IMG/VR virus record: IMGVR_UViG_3300042549_005813
Length of the DNA: 64,000 nucleotides
Source of the DNA: a virus
Reading direction: 5' to 3' (one strand)
The notes under the pieces are model-generated. The model was not told where the DNA came from, did no database searches, and was given only the letters and a program-made list of their open reading frames with translations. A program made the position numbers and the translations under genes. Of the stretch, positions 9,564-17,998 are shown one piece after another. Numbering within the stretch: the first letter of the stretch is position 1; every line of letters begins with the position of its first letter.

Positions 9564-10211
9564 TTAAGCAGCCACTGCCAACCGAATAACTTTTGCCATT
9601 TTGCGGCCGTGGGCAATATATGCAACCACTGGGACCTCTTTAGAATAGCAAGCACGGCAACCAGAGCACTTGCCATTTGTAGTTGGTGCCGTGCAAACCT
9701 TAACACCAGCAGGCACCGGCATACCTTCTGGCAATATAGTGCTACCATGTACACCAGCAGTATATGTGCCATTTATAGCATCACTGCTAGGGCGCACCAT
9801 CACATTAGGCAGAGCAGCCATTTTGGTGAGCACCTGCTGATACTTAGCGAATTTGTGCATCCGTGTGGGCAACCAGTGCTTCACGTGGGGGGTCTTAACC
9901 ATCACAGCATACATTTTGAGCGCTAACTGTATGGAGTACATATCGCCAGAATCAAACCAGCGGAAGTAGCTTTGCTTTTTGAGAGCAGCAACCATTGTAT
10001 CCACCCAAGCATCATCCTGCCATGCTTGCTTATTATCGAAGCGCACTTTTTTGGTGCCAGGGAAATTATATGTGCCTTGCGTGGCGTAGCAACCAGCACA
10101 AGCGGGAACGAGCTCACCATCCGCACCAATAGAACCTTGGCAGGTTTCGAGAGCCTGAAGGGACCAGCTGAGGATATTGTCGAGCTTTGAGGTTTTGGAT
10201 AATTTGTTCAT
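9564..10211 (-). CDS. Gp88-like Cys-rich (Fe-S / radical-SAM-like) phage protein
   Basis: SWSL.A..TC.G...CAGCYA..G.Y, YFRWFDSGD, HWLPT, C...CSGCRAC. Confidence 0.75.
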   Translation of the reverse strand: MNKLSKTSKLDNILSWSLQALETCQGSIGADGELVPACAGCYATQGTYNFPGTKKVRFDNKQAWQDDAWVDTMVAALKKQSYFRWFDSGDMYSIQLALKMYAVMVKTPHVKHWLPTRMHKFAKYQQVLTKMAALPNVMVRPSSDAINGTYTAGVHGSTILPEGMPVPAGVKVCTAPTTNGKCSGCRACYSKEVPVVAYIAHGRKMAKVIRLAVAA

Positions 10212-10241
10212 TTCGCTTTGCTTTCTTGATTTGATGGAAGG

Positions 10242-10307
10242 AGTATAACACGGCCACCGAAAATGGCAACCTAATACTTTTTAACTCAAGCCACCAGCTG
10301 GAGTATT
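10242..10307 (-). promoter_or_regulatory. early sigma70 promoter (TTGCCA-16-TATACT) with upstream AATACT/AGTATT element
   Basis: -35 at 10264-10269, -10 at 10242-10247 on the minus strand. Confidence 0.75.
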
Positions 10308-10417
10308 AACTCGGCACCTCTAGTGCAAGCACCAGCACAAGCGCTTGCCACCGACAGCACGGCGGTGTTATAATATGCGCCGACCAAAGAACCAGTCACA
10401 AAAATGAATACATTCAT
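10286..10417 (-). CDS. small hydrophobic peptide (43 aa, MNVFIFVTGSLVGAYYNTAVLSVASACAGACTRGAELILQLVA)
   Basis: AGGAG 5 nt upstream of ATG; below the ORF-track size cutoff. Confidence 0.55.
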   Translation of the reverse strand: MNVFIFVTGSLVGAYYNTAVLSVASACAGACTRGAELILQLVA

Positions 10418-10571
10418 ACTAACTCCTAAATTGTTAACTTTTGTTTTCAAATACTGTGCCAGTAATTTTCCAACTGGCGGCCTCTGGGATCCGATCCCTT
10501 TGCCTTACACTCGAGCGCCGGTGTTGGCACCGGCTTTTGGTGTTGCTGCGTTCCTCGCAGCACCCGAATGG

Positions 10572-10907
10572 TTACGCTGTTGCTTTGCGAGCCATGATGG
10601 CAGCAGCAATAGCATTGTCCTCAGCACCGAACACCACGCCTTTGCTTGGGCGCTTGTTGGCTTTCACTGCCTTAGCGCCTACAGCACCAACTTGCTTAGC
10701 AAGCAGCTTCTCAAGGCGAGCTTGTGCCTTAGCGATAGCGGCTTCACGCTTTTCAGCAGCAGCCTTCAGTTTAGCGTCAGCAGCAAGACCACGCAAAGCC
10801 TTTTTGGTTTCAACCTCGAGCTTAATTGACGCCTTGAGCGCCTTCAGGGTCTCACGCTTTTGAGTGAGAGTTAAACCTTCAACCGAACCACATGCGAATG
10901 TAAACAT
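10572..10907 (-). CDS. Ala/Lys-rich basic (histone-like) protein
   Basis: AAAGGA RBS, own promoter, strongly K/A-biased composition. Confidence 0.7.
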   Translation of the reverse strand: MFTFACGSVEGLTLTQKRETLKALKASIKLEVETKKALRGLAADAKLKAAAEKREAAIAKAQARLEKLLAKQVGAVGAKAVKANKRPSKGVVFGAEDNAIAAAIMARKATA

Positions 10908-10940
10908 TTTTTTCCTTTGTTTGTTTGTTTGTAAGAGTCA

Positions 10941-10968
10941 ATTATACCAGATTTGGTGAAAATGGCAA
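10941..10968 (-). promoter_or_regulatory. early sigma70 promoter TTGCCA-16-TATAAT
   Basis: direct match on the minus strand. Confidence 0.8.
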
Positions 10969-11001
10969 CTGTAAACTTTTTTCTTCCAGTTGCCTGTAGT
11001 G

Positions 11002-11259
11002 TTATTCTGTGGTCAATTCATCCAACAGGCGGCCGGCCGCTTCACGCTGGTCCTGTATTTCGCAAAGGATGAATTTAGCACGGTTCATATATTGGCGGGA
11101 ATCATTGGTTGCACCCATCGCCAGCAATTCCTGAGCGTCCGACAATATGCTCATGCACACCATTTCCAGACCAACGTGCTTGGCAGTAAAGCTTTTCATA
11201 TACTGCTCACGGATCGCTGCTGTTGACATACCGTAGCACTGCTTTTCGAATTCGGTCAT
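11002..11259 (-). CDS. hypothetical protein (MTEFEKQCYGMS...)
   Basis: downstream of a promoter; leader similar to that of 9564-10211. Confidence 0.65.
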   Translation of the reverse strand: MTEFEKQCYGMSTAAIREQYMKSFTAKHVGLEMVCMSILSDAQELLAMGATNDSRQYMNRAKFILCEIQDQREAAGRLLDELTTE

Positions 11260-11289
11260 ATTTTCTCGCTTTCTTGATTTGATGGACAA

Positions 11290-11395
11290 AGTATAACCGA
11301 TCCTGCAGGAAATGGCAAGCGTTATCTGGAATACTTGACCGGATTGCTTGAGTACTATTGCGCTATATTGCCAACCTGTCTGGTTCCTGTATAAT
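11290..11395. promoter_or_regulatory. divergent early promoter pair flanking an AATACT-N15-AGTACT element
   Basis: minus: -35 at 11313-11318, -10 at 11290-11295; plus: -35 at 11368-11373, -10 at 11390-11395. Confidence 0.8.
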
Positions 11396-11451
11396 AGCAC
11401 CTATTCGAAAGCAGACTGGGGTGGACGCTGGGGCTGGGCGTTGAAAACGGA

Positions 11452-11518
11452 AGTACTCTAGCTCGGCAATGGAGTACTTTTTCAGTATATTGCCAAACTC
11501 TCGGTTTTATTGTATAAT
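11452..11518 (+). promoter_or_regulatory. early promoter TTGCCA-17-TATAAT with upstream AGTACT-N15-AGTACT palindrome
   Basis: AGTACT at 11452 and 11473; -35 at 11490; -10 at 11513. Confidence 0.85.
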
Positions 11519-11545
11519 ACCCACATATTAACACAGGAGCATTAC

Positions 11546-11737
11546 ATGGGCAAAATGTCAGAAATTAGTATTCAATTACAAGAGTTGGAAGAAATGCTGT
11601 ATACTTTTGGTTTAGGCCATGAAGCATTCATACAGGAGTGTAAACTTTTGTGTGAGTTGGGCTTTGCTGATGAAGTACAATGTATTATCTATGATTTTGA
11701 AACAAAAGTATTCAATGGCGAACTAGAGCGCTTCTGA
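11546..11737 (+). CDS. small acidic hypothetical protein
   Basis: AGGAG RBS behind a promoter. Confidence 0.65.
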   Translation: MGKMSEISIQLQELEEMLYTFGLGHEAFIQECKLLCELGFADEVQCIIYDFETKVFNGELERF

Positions 11738-11970
11738 GAACCTTTGTAGTACCGAGAAACGCTTTGTAATGCTTTGAGGTGCCATCGCAGACAGAGACTA
11801 AGACTTGTTTCTTACAGGTAACTTGCGAAGCCAGGTGCGCTGGTAACACTAAAGCACACAAAATTGCACTTTATGACACTTTTGCAGTATTTTATGCGGA
11901 TTACTAATACTTTCTCAGTACACCTGGATGCAGGTTACAACGGAAGTACTCATTAACTAGTCAGGTAAAG

Positions 11971-12033
11971 TTATCCACAGCATATCCACAGCATCTGCGA
12001 CTTATGCACATTTTATACACAGACTTATCCACA
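11971..12033 (+). promoter_or_regulatory. array of five co-oriented DnaA boxes
   Basis: TTATCCACA 11971, ATATCCACA 11982, TTATGCACA 12002, TTATACACA 12013, TTATCCACA 12025. Confidence 0.85.
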
Positions 12034-12079
12034 GCAACTTTAGTACTCCATGGCCATAATGTAAGACTTTTCTCTTATA

Positions 12080-12107
12080 TTGCCATTTCATAAAAAACCT
12101 GTATAAT
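12080..12107 (+). promoter_or_regulatory. early promoter TTGCCA-16-TATAAT
   Basis: direct match. Confidence 0.8.
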
Positions 12108-12144
12108 GTAACACATGACAACAAACAATGATGAAAGAGCGAAA

Positions 12145-12510
12145 ATGAATACTATTGACTTAGGTATCTTTGGTGATACAATCTACAATGCAACGGAAAG
12201 TATTATTGCTGAAACTGAAAATGTAGAAGAAGGTTTTACTGGTGATATGTTAGATGTAATACATTTTTCTGACATACGTGATTCTGCTGAGGAATTACAA
12301 CTTTTGATTGAACGTTACGAGTCAATCGAAAGTATTAAGAACGAAAGTATTAATCTGTACCAGAATGTTAAGTATATCTTAGAACATTGTGAAAATGAAA
12401 TCTTTAGTACTACTGATACTGAGATAATGAATTCTTTTGATAACATTAGAACTTATGTTGACGTTATACGTGAATCAGTTAATACTTTATTATCACAGCA
12501 GTCGGCTTGA
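12145..12510 (+). CDS. acidic hypothetical protein
   Basis: ORF track; downstream of a promoter (start could be 12115). Confidence 0.65.
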   Translation: MNTIDLGIFGDTIYNATESIIAETENVEEGFTGDMLDVIHFSDIRDSAEELQLLIERYESIESIKNESINLYQNVKYILEHCENEIFSTTDTEIMNSFDNIRTYVDVIRESVNTLLSQQSA

Positions 12511-12556
12511 GAACTATAGTACTCAGGTTGCCAGTTGTCGGATTCTATGATAGAAT
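12481..12556 (+). promoter_or_regulatory. early promoter TTGCCA-17-TAGAAT with upstream AGTACT-type element
   Basis: -35 at 12528, -10 at 12551; AATACT 12481, AGAACT 12510, AGTACT 12518. Confidence 0.75.
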
Positions 12557-12583
12557 GGTATTTTTAAACGGTTGAGAGAGAAA

Positions 12584-12745
12584 ATGACAAAAAACGAAAC
12601 TTTAGCACTCATTATTGAGCATATTGTAATGCAAGGGTATTCAGACCCCGATAAATTTGTGACCTATGCTACTACAATTCTGCCAATGATGAGTACGGAA
12701 GAGTTACTAGCCGAGTTGGCGTGTCTTGAAGAAGCAGGAATGTGA
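12584..12745 (+). CDS. small hypothetical protein (53 aa)
   Basis: GAGAG RBS, open frame MTKNETLAL... Confidence 0.55.
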   Translation: MTKNETLALIIEHIVMQGYSDPDKFVTYATTILPMMSTEELLAELACLEEAGM

Positions 12746-12754
12746 GTAAAAAGT

Positions 12755-13009
12755 ATGACATTTGAAGATAAAGTTAGAACTTTTCATGTACTGTATGAGT
12801 TGTATCGCAGTCCAAGTAATACTTCCTTATTCAAAGGCGTGCCTGTTGAAATGCGGGAACGTGTACTGAAGTATTACAAAGCTGTTGGTCAAAAAGTAAA
12901 ACTAAGGTATCGTGGTCCTCGGGTTCATAGAACCTTTCGTTCACAAAATACTCGCCAAAGCAGTTGTTTGCAGTCGGATGCTACTACTTTTGCAGTATAC
13001 CCACGATAG
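12755..13009 (+). CDS. basic hypothetical protein
   Basis: ORF track; RYRGPR motif. Confidence 0.65.
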   Translation: MTFEDKVRTFHVLYELYRSPSNTSLFKGVPVEMRERVLKYYKAVGQKVKLRYRGPRVHRTFRSQNTRQSSCLQSDATTFAVYPR

Positions 13010-13015
13010 TCAGGT

Positions 13016-13090
13016 AATACTGTAGTACTCCAGCAAACAAATGGAGTACTATGGTATTAGGTTGCCAAGTCAGGTAAAATCTGGTATAAT
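13016..13090 (+). promoter_or_regulatory. early promoter with a near-perfect 43 bp upstream inverted repeat
   Basis: AATACTGTAGTACTCCA-N9-TGGAGTACTATGGTATT; -35 at 13062; -10 at 13085. Confidence 0.85.
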
Positions 13091-13119
13091 TGTGTTTTAA
13101 ATCAGTGAGGTAAAATAAA

Positions 13120-13383
13120 ATGCGAAACGAAGCGATTATCGAAATGATAGATGAAATGTTGGATTGTGACGGTGACGTTATTATCGGTAATTTGACGTTT
13201 TCACGTTCCGAGATTGTGAAGCGTCTTGATCCAATTGCATATCGTATGATGGTGAATGAAATCATTGATTCACAAATTGAAGATTTGCAATATGACCTCG
13301 ACCGCATGGATCCAGAATTGGATGCAGATGATATTGCTGAAATTCATGTGCAAATTGTTGAGTTAGAAGAATCCTATCTTTAA
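13120..13383 (+). CDS. acidic hypothetical protein
   Basis: GAGG RBS; DPIAYR motif. Confidence 0.7.
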   Translation: MRNEAIIEMIDEMLDCDGDVIIGNLTFSRSEIVKRLDPIAYRMMVNEIIDSQIEDLQYDLDRMDPELDADDIAEIHVQIVELEESYL

Positions 13384-13395
13384 TCAGGTAAAATT

Positions 13396-13518
13396 ATGAA
13401 TGAATATTTTGTTGAACATGAGTCCGGCTGTGACTTAATCGAAGCACCTAATCTGGAAACAGCATATGAGGTAGCGAATGAGTTAGGTTTTGTTGTTTAT
13501 TCAATTAATGAAGCGTGA
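13396..13518 (+). CDS. small hypothetical protein (40 aa)
   Basis: AGGT RBS, open frame MNEYFVEHESG... Confidence 0.5.
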   Translation: MNEYFVEHESGCDLIEAPNLETAYEVANELGFVVYSINEA

Positions 13519-13526
13519 GGTAAAAA

Positions 13527-13730
13527 ATGGATGAATTGGTTGATAAAGTTATTACACAAATTCAATTAGATATTGAATCTGGTGATGTGACAGCATTGGA
13601 AGAATTGCTGAAGCGAGTGCCTGCAAAGGTATTAGAATCATATCTGCCTGAAGTGGATATGGAATGTGATGAATATGACGGCCAACCTGACGAAGCGCAG
13701 GAATGGCACGATTTTGATCCAGATTGTTAA
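13527..13730 (+). CDS. acidic hypothetical protein
   Basis: GAGG RBS; GQPDEAQEWHDFDPDC tail. Confidence 0.7.
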   Translation: MDELVDKVITQIQLDIESGDVTALEELLKRVPAKVLESYLPEVDMECDEYDGQPDEAQEWHDFDPDC

Positions 13731-13742
13731 TAGGAGATTGTA

Positions 13743-13964
13743 ATGAAGGTAAAATTGCCGTTTGATTGTATGGTGCTCGATAAGGAATCTGTCGAGGTAA
13801 AGAATCCGTTTTCTGGTGAAGGTGTAATGCTGACGCCTGAAGCGGTTGCAGTATATGACACCATAATGGGTTGTGAGATGACAGGCGACTACAAAATGGT
13901 TCGCAAAGGACTGGATTGGTTTCGCAAACATTATCCAGCAGAATATATGGTTCTTTTAGATTAA
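13743..13964 (+). CDS. conserved phage hypothetical protein
   Basis: AGGAG RBS; NPFSGE...AVYD.IMG...GLDWF...YMVLLD. Confidence 0.75.
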   Translation: MKVKLPFDCMVLDKESVEVKNPFSGEGVMLTPEAVAVYDTIMGCEMTGDYKMVRKGLDWFRKHYPAEYMVLLD

Positions 13965-13974
13965 GGTAAAAGTA

Positions 13975-14181
13975 ATGACTAACTCAGAATTGGTTGCAAA
14001 ACTAGAACAGGCGCAGGCATTGCTTGCGGATGTATATCATTGGGCGGAAACACCAATGTCCAATGGGCTGCAGGTGTCGCCATTAAAGACAAACGCCGAA
14101 GTTGCATCACAAATGAGTGTTGCTGATTCATGTATTATTGACGCTTTAGAAGCATTAGAATGGGATAGGGATATCGAATGA
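13975..14181 (+). CDS. hypothetical protein
   Basis: ORF track. Confidence 0.65.
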   Translation: MTNSELVAKLEQAQALLADVYHWAETPMSNGLQVSPLKTNAEVASQMSVADSCIIDALEALEWDRDIE

Positions 14182-14357
14182 AAGATTTACATTGGATTTA
14201 TATGTTGGATGTGTTGTCAGGCGCTAAATTTAGTAATTTTGGTTTGCAGTGTTTGGCAGAATTGAATATTGGCGAGATTAAATCACGGAAAGAATATCCG
14301 TTATTGACCCAGCGCCTGTATACACCAACAAAAATGGAAAAATTCGCAATGCAATAA
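14178..14357 (+). CDS. hypothetical protein (59 aa)
   Basis: ATGA overlap, open frame MKDLHWIYML... Confidence 0.5.
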   Translation: MKDLHWIYMLDVLSGAKFSNFGLQCLAELNIGEIKSRKEYPLLTQRLYTPTKMEKFAMQ

Positions 14358-14422
14358 TACTTGACCTAGGAGATGGAGTACTTTAGTATTAAGGTTGCCA
14401 TTACCTAGGATTCATGTATAAT
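14356..14422 (+). promoter_or_regulatory. early promoter with AATACT-N15-AGTACT-N2-AGTATT element
   Basis: sites at 14356, 14377, 14385; -35 at 14395; -10 at 14417. Confidence 0.85.
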
Positions 14423-14444
14423 GACACATTCAATAGGAGATATT

Positions 14445-14972
14445 ATGGAATTTCAAACTGGTAAACCCCCACAAACTGCCATGTATTTGGTCGACCGTGG
14501 GATGCAAGGTAAGTATTATCGCTGGTATGATGCAGAAACCGATTCTTGGTCAATGTGTGGGTCTGATATGACTGAAGCATTGTCATTTGTTGGTCGTCCA
14601 TCGCCTGTTGGTTTCTTCCCATGGGTAGGTCCTATGACCGGCCCACGATTCAACCCTAGTACAGGTGTTGCTGATCCTGAAGTTAAGACACCAAAAGTCG
14701 CCAAAGCAAAACCTGCATCACGTAAGATGGCACGCCAACGTACAGTGACACCAACCAAACTGGTTATTTCAAAAGTTGGCAATACCACTGTTGGTTCTAT
14801 TGTAAAAGGCACCAAAACAACGTATCCTGATGGTACTGTATTCTTCCGTGCGGATCGTCAAAAGTGGGTTGCTATGATGAATGGCAAACAAGAAGCAGCA
14901 CGACCAACACCTGAAGCGTGTTTGTCATTTTTGAAGAAAAAGTATAATGTGGAAGGCATTGTGTTAAAATGA
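14445..14972 (+). CDS. hypothetical protein, possible C-terminal AP2-like DNA-binding domain
   Basis: AGGAG RBS; G.V.FRADRQKWVA. Confidence 0.6.
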   Translation: MEFQTGKPPQTAMYLVDRGMQGKYYRWYDAETDSWSMCGSDMTEALSFVGRPSPVGFFPWVGPMTGPRFNPSTGVADPEVKTPKVAKAKPASRKMARQRTVTPTKLVISKVGNTTVGSIVKGTKTTYPDGTVFFRADRQKWVAMMNGKQEAARPTPEACLSFLKKKYNVEGIVLK

Positions 14973-15430
14973 TTAAGACTAAAAAAATTGCAGGTTGGGA
15001 AGATTATTCGGTCAGCACCGATGGTCGTGTGTTTTCAAAAAAACGTGGTGAATTGGTTGAATTGACTCAAACCAAAGGCACAACTGGTTATTATAATGTT
15101 GGATTTTCTAATGGAAAGGAAAAGAAAACATTTCAAGTCCACCGATTGATTGCAATATCATTTATAACCAATCGTAAAAATTTAGAAATTGTTAATCATT
15201 TAGATGGCAACAAATTGAATAATGATGTATCAAATTTAGAATGGACAACCCGTGGTGGCAATGGTGACCACGCCGGCAAGGTTTTAGGACCAAAGCAACG
15301 TGCTGAACGTAAAGCCAAAAAAGATAATGAAATGAAATCAAAACTTTCTATTATAGATTTTTCACACTCTGCTTGCACTGCCAATCCTGAGTTGTTTCAT
15401 TCAATTTATAAAACTGTTATGGGAGTTTAA
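14969..15430 (+). CDS. NUMOD4-HNH homing endonuclease
   Basis: Y.VSTDGRV.S, VHRLIA..FI.N...VNHLDGNKLNN..SNLEW. Confidence 0.88.
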   Translation: MIKTKKIAGWEDYSVSTDGRVFSKKRGELVELTQTKGTTGYYNVGFSNGKEKKTFQVHRLIAISFITNRKNLEIVNHLDGNKLNNDVSNLEWTTRGGNGDHAGKVLGPKQRAERKAKKDNEMKSKLSIIDFSHSACTANPELFHSIYKTVMGV

Positions 15431-15431
15431 A

Positions 15432-15824
15432 ATGGGTTTAGATATGTACGCATTCCGTGTAAAAGCGGAAGATGTGATTGATGATTTTAATGTGCGTGGT
15501 CAGGACGCTGGTCGTGAAGATGATTTAGAAGAATTGGCATATTGGCGTAAGCACCACGACCTCCATGGTTGGATGGAACGCCTATATCGTTCAAAAGGCG
15601 GCGATAAAGAATCGTTTAATTGTGTGCCTGTACGATTGACAATGGAAGACCTGCAATCATTGGCAATGGATGTGACAAAAGGCCGATTGCCTGAAACAGT
15701 TGGTTTCTTCTTTGGTAATAATCCACCTGATCCTGATTCTGTTGCACAGGATATGGAATTCATTGGCAAGGCAATGGCAGCTATTGCTGTAGGCGATGCC
15801 GTTTACTATGATTCATGGTGGTAA
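15432..15824 (+). CDS. conserved phage hypothetical protein
   Basis: MGLDMY...YWRKH..LHGW...GFFFG...YDSWW family pattern. Confidence 0.75.
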   Translation: MGLDMYAFRVKAEDVIDDFNVRGQDAGREDDLEELAYWRKHHDLHGWMERLYRSKGGDKESFNCVPVRLTMEDLQSLAMDVTKGRLPETVGFFFGNNPPDPDSVAQDMEFIGKAMAAIAVGDAVYYDSWW

Positions 15825-15825
15825 T

Positions 15826-16005
15826 GTGAATATAATAATTGGCATTATAATTGGCATCATGATTACCATTTCATGGATTGTATTGTCACCCACTGGGTAT
15901 TTTGCTAATGGCAAAATTATGGACACAGAATTAATGGAATGTGAAAAAGATTTGCCAAGAAATCAACGTTGTTATATAATTGCGGTGCCCCCCAGTAAGG
16001 ATTAA
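15826..16005 (+). CDS. small membrane protein
   Basis: N-terminal TM helix; ECEKDLPRNQRC. Confidence 0.6.
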   Translation: MNIIIGIIIGIMITISWIVLSPTGYFANGKIMDTELMECEKDLPRNQRCYIIAVPPSKD

Positions 16006-16014
16006 GGATTAATT

Positions 16015-16236
16015 ATGAAAAAAGTAACTGTTGAATTGGATTGGGATACCGTTGATGGTATCATACAAACGGAATTGCAAAGTACATATGAATCACTAAA
16101 ACAGGATTTGGTGAATCGTGCTGAAGGTCGTGGTTTTGCAATATTTGATATTGATGAAGCCAAGGACATTGGTGAAATCACAGACCATTTATATTGTTTG
16201 GAACGTGTTATGAAATATTGGGGTGTGACAGTATGA
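16015..16236 (+). CDS. hypothetical protein
   Basis: AAGGA RBS. Confidence 0.65.
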   Translation: MKKVTVELDWDTVDGIIQTELQSTYESLKQDLVNRAEGRGFAIFDIDEAKDIGEITDHLYCLERVMKYWGVTV

Positions 16237-16439
16237 ATTATGAATTAGAAATTTCATATGCACAAGATTTTGCATTAGATTCAGCTCTCCGTTTTCTTGA
16301 CCGCCGTCCATGGGTCATGACCAAGACTATAGAACGCCTTGCAAGTAATGACAAACTGGATCCAGACCTCTTGGAATTGGCGGTGGCAGTCTTATTCCCA
16401 GCTGCCGTAGTACACTTAGCGACAGGAAAGTCCGTATAA
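16233..16439 (+). CDS. hypothetical protein
   Basis: ATGA overlap. Confidence 0.55.
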   Translation: MNYELEISYAQDFALDSALRFLDRRPWVMTKTIERLASNDKLDPDLLELAVAVLFPAAVVHLATGKSV

Positions 16440-16442
16440 TAT

Positions 16443-16607
16443 ATGGATCCAGAAACGTTTACCTATCGTTGGAATGATGCCGTTGTCACATATGATGAGT
16501 ACAAAAAACTGGTTGCAGACCACCAGGAGTGGGTGGACGCAACGGAAAAGCGGGCAGCAATGGTTGCTGAAGCAGAGAAACCGAAGCGTTCCAAGAAGAA
16601 TACTTGA
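16443..16607 (+). CDS. small hypothetical protein (54 aa)
   Basis: open frame MDPETFTYRWND... Confidence 0.5.
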   Translation: MDPETFTYRWNDAVVTYDEYKKLVADHQEWVDATEKRAAMVAEAEKPKRSKKNT

Positions 16608-16665
16608 CCAGACTGCTTGAGTACTAAAGTATTAGGCTTGCCTTTTCTACCAGAACCTGTAGAAT
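16599..16665 (+). promoter_or_regulatory. early promoter with AATACT-N15-AGTACT-N2-AGTATT element
   Basis: sites at 16599, 16620, 16628; TTGCCT 16638; TAGAAT 16660. Confidence 0.8.
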
Positions 16666-16693
16666 ACGTAGTATTGATTGATTAGGAGTAACG

Positions 16694-17572
16694 ATGATTG
16701 ATGTGAAATTTGTTGGTGGTAAGTATGTTGCTGTTATCAACGGCAAGACTGTAAAGCGTTCAAACAAGGCGCATATGGATTATGTCATCCGTAAGGCACA
16801 ATCAGAATCCAATTCTGTTGCACCTGTGCTTGAGTCCCGTTTTAGTATTAACCAACGCTTCGGTTTTGTGTCTGATATGGTTACTATGCTTGCTAACGGC
16901 GCACAAGCATCCGTTGTTGTGACTGGTCCTGGTGGTCTTGGTAAGTCTTTTACCGTGTCACAAACGTTGACAGCACTTGGTTTCAAAGATGTATCCGTGC
17001 TTGATGATATCGCTGTTGGTACCGTCCTTAAGACTGCCAAGACATTCCGTGTCATCAAAGGTTATTCAACACCTAAAGGCCTGTACCGCACACTTTATGA
17101 AAATAAAGATGGTGTTATTGTGTTTGATGATTGTGATTCCGTACTCAAGGATCCTACATCATTGAACCTGCTCAAAGGTGCGCTTGATTCATATTCACGC
17201 CGTATCATTTCATGGAGAGCGGATATCAAAGATGAAGATTTGCCTACATCCTTCGAATTCAAAGGTCGTGTTGTGTTTATCTCCAACTTGTCCGCATCCA
17301 ATATTGACCAGGCTATCCTGACCCGTTCATTGGCTGTTGACTTGTCAATGACCACAAAGCAAAAGGTCGAACGTATGCGCCACCTGTTGTCTACAGGTGA
17401 GTTTATGCCTGAGTTTGATAAGGTCGTTAAGACTGATGCTATGAATTTGATTGAGAAACACCAAGATTCAGTTAAAGAGTTATCGCTCCGTACACTGATT
17501 CAGGTAACAAAGATTCGCCAAGGCGCAGGTAAAAACTGGTCTGATTTGGCTGAGTATGCAATTTGTGGTTAA
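16694..17572 (+). CDS. P-loop / AAA-type ATPase
   Basis: Walker A GPGGLGKS, Walker B VIVFDDCD, LLKGALDS, FISN. Confidence 0.85.
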   Translation: MIDVKFVGGKYVAVINGKTVKRSNKAHMDYVIRKAQSESNSVAPVLESRFSINQRFGFVSDMVTMLANGAQASVVVTGPGGLGKSFTVSQTLTALGFKDVSVLDDIAVGTVLKTAKTFRVIKGYSTPKGLYRTLYENKDGVIVFDDCDSVLKDPTSLNLLKGALDSYSRRIISWRADIKDEDLPTSFEFKGRVVFISNLSASNIDQAILTRSLAVDLSMTTKQKVERMRHLLSTGEFMPEFDKVVKTDAMNLIEKHQDSVKELSLRTLIQVTKIRQGAGKNWSDLAEYAICG

Positions 17573-17584
17573 TCAGGTAAAATT

Positions 17585-17779
17585 ATGAATGAAAGAATCA
17601 AACAACTTTCCATCGAGGCAGGTTTCCCCGAGTGGTCTAACCATGCGATTGAATTTGAATTGGAACAATTCGCCGAGTTGATTGTATGGGAATGTATGAA
17701 AATCTGTGAAGATGTTATGAAAAAAGATAACTCTGCGCTTGCCTGTTGGAGTGGAATCAAAGGAACATTTCGGAGTTGA
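17585..17779 (+). CDS. MNERI-family small phage protein
   Basis: MNERIKQL...FAELIV.EC. Confidence 0.7.
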   Translation: MNERIKQLSIEAGFPEWSNHAIEFELEQFAELIVWECMKICEDVMKKDNSALACWSGIKGTFRS

Positions 17780-17782
17780 AGA

Positions 17783-17995
17783 ATGAACGAAAGAATTAAA
17801 GAACTTTGGTCACAGGCCGGCGGTCACTATAATAGCGGCAATCAGCATACTTGGCCCGAGTATACCATTGATGATCCTGAAAAGTTCGCCGAGTTGATTG
17901 TTATGGAATGCCTAACCATATGTGAGGAACTAGGTGACAAAGGAATGGATGGCCATTATTGTGCGGATAAGATTAATAAAACATTTCGGAGTTGA
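17783..17995 (+). CDS. MNERI-family small phage protein (tandem paralogue)
   Basis: MNERIKEL...EKFAELIV.EC. Confidence 0.7.
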   Translation: MNERIKELWSQAGGHYNSGNQHTWPEYTIDDPEKFAELIVMECLTICEELGDKGMDGHYCADKINKTFRS

Positions 17996-17998
17996 AGA

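Noticed and set aside
9542-10190. Several overlapping ORFs around 9564-10211
   Set aside because: Alternative-frame or antisense shadows in GC-richer DNA; only the Gp88-like frame has family motifs.
10404-10863. Plus-strand ORFs of 141 and 140 aa
   Set aside because: Antisense shadows of the K/A-rich minus-strand gene, which has the RBS and promoter.
11417-11440. G-quadruplex-like run GGGGTGGACGCTGGGGCTGGG
   Set aside because: One tract has only two G; no supporting evidence.
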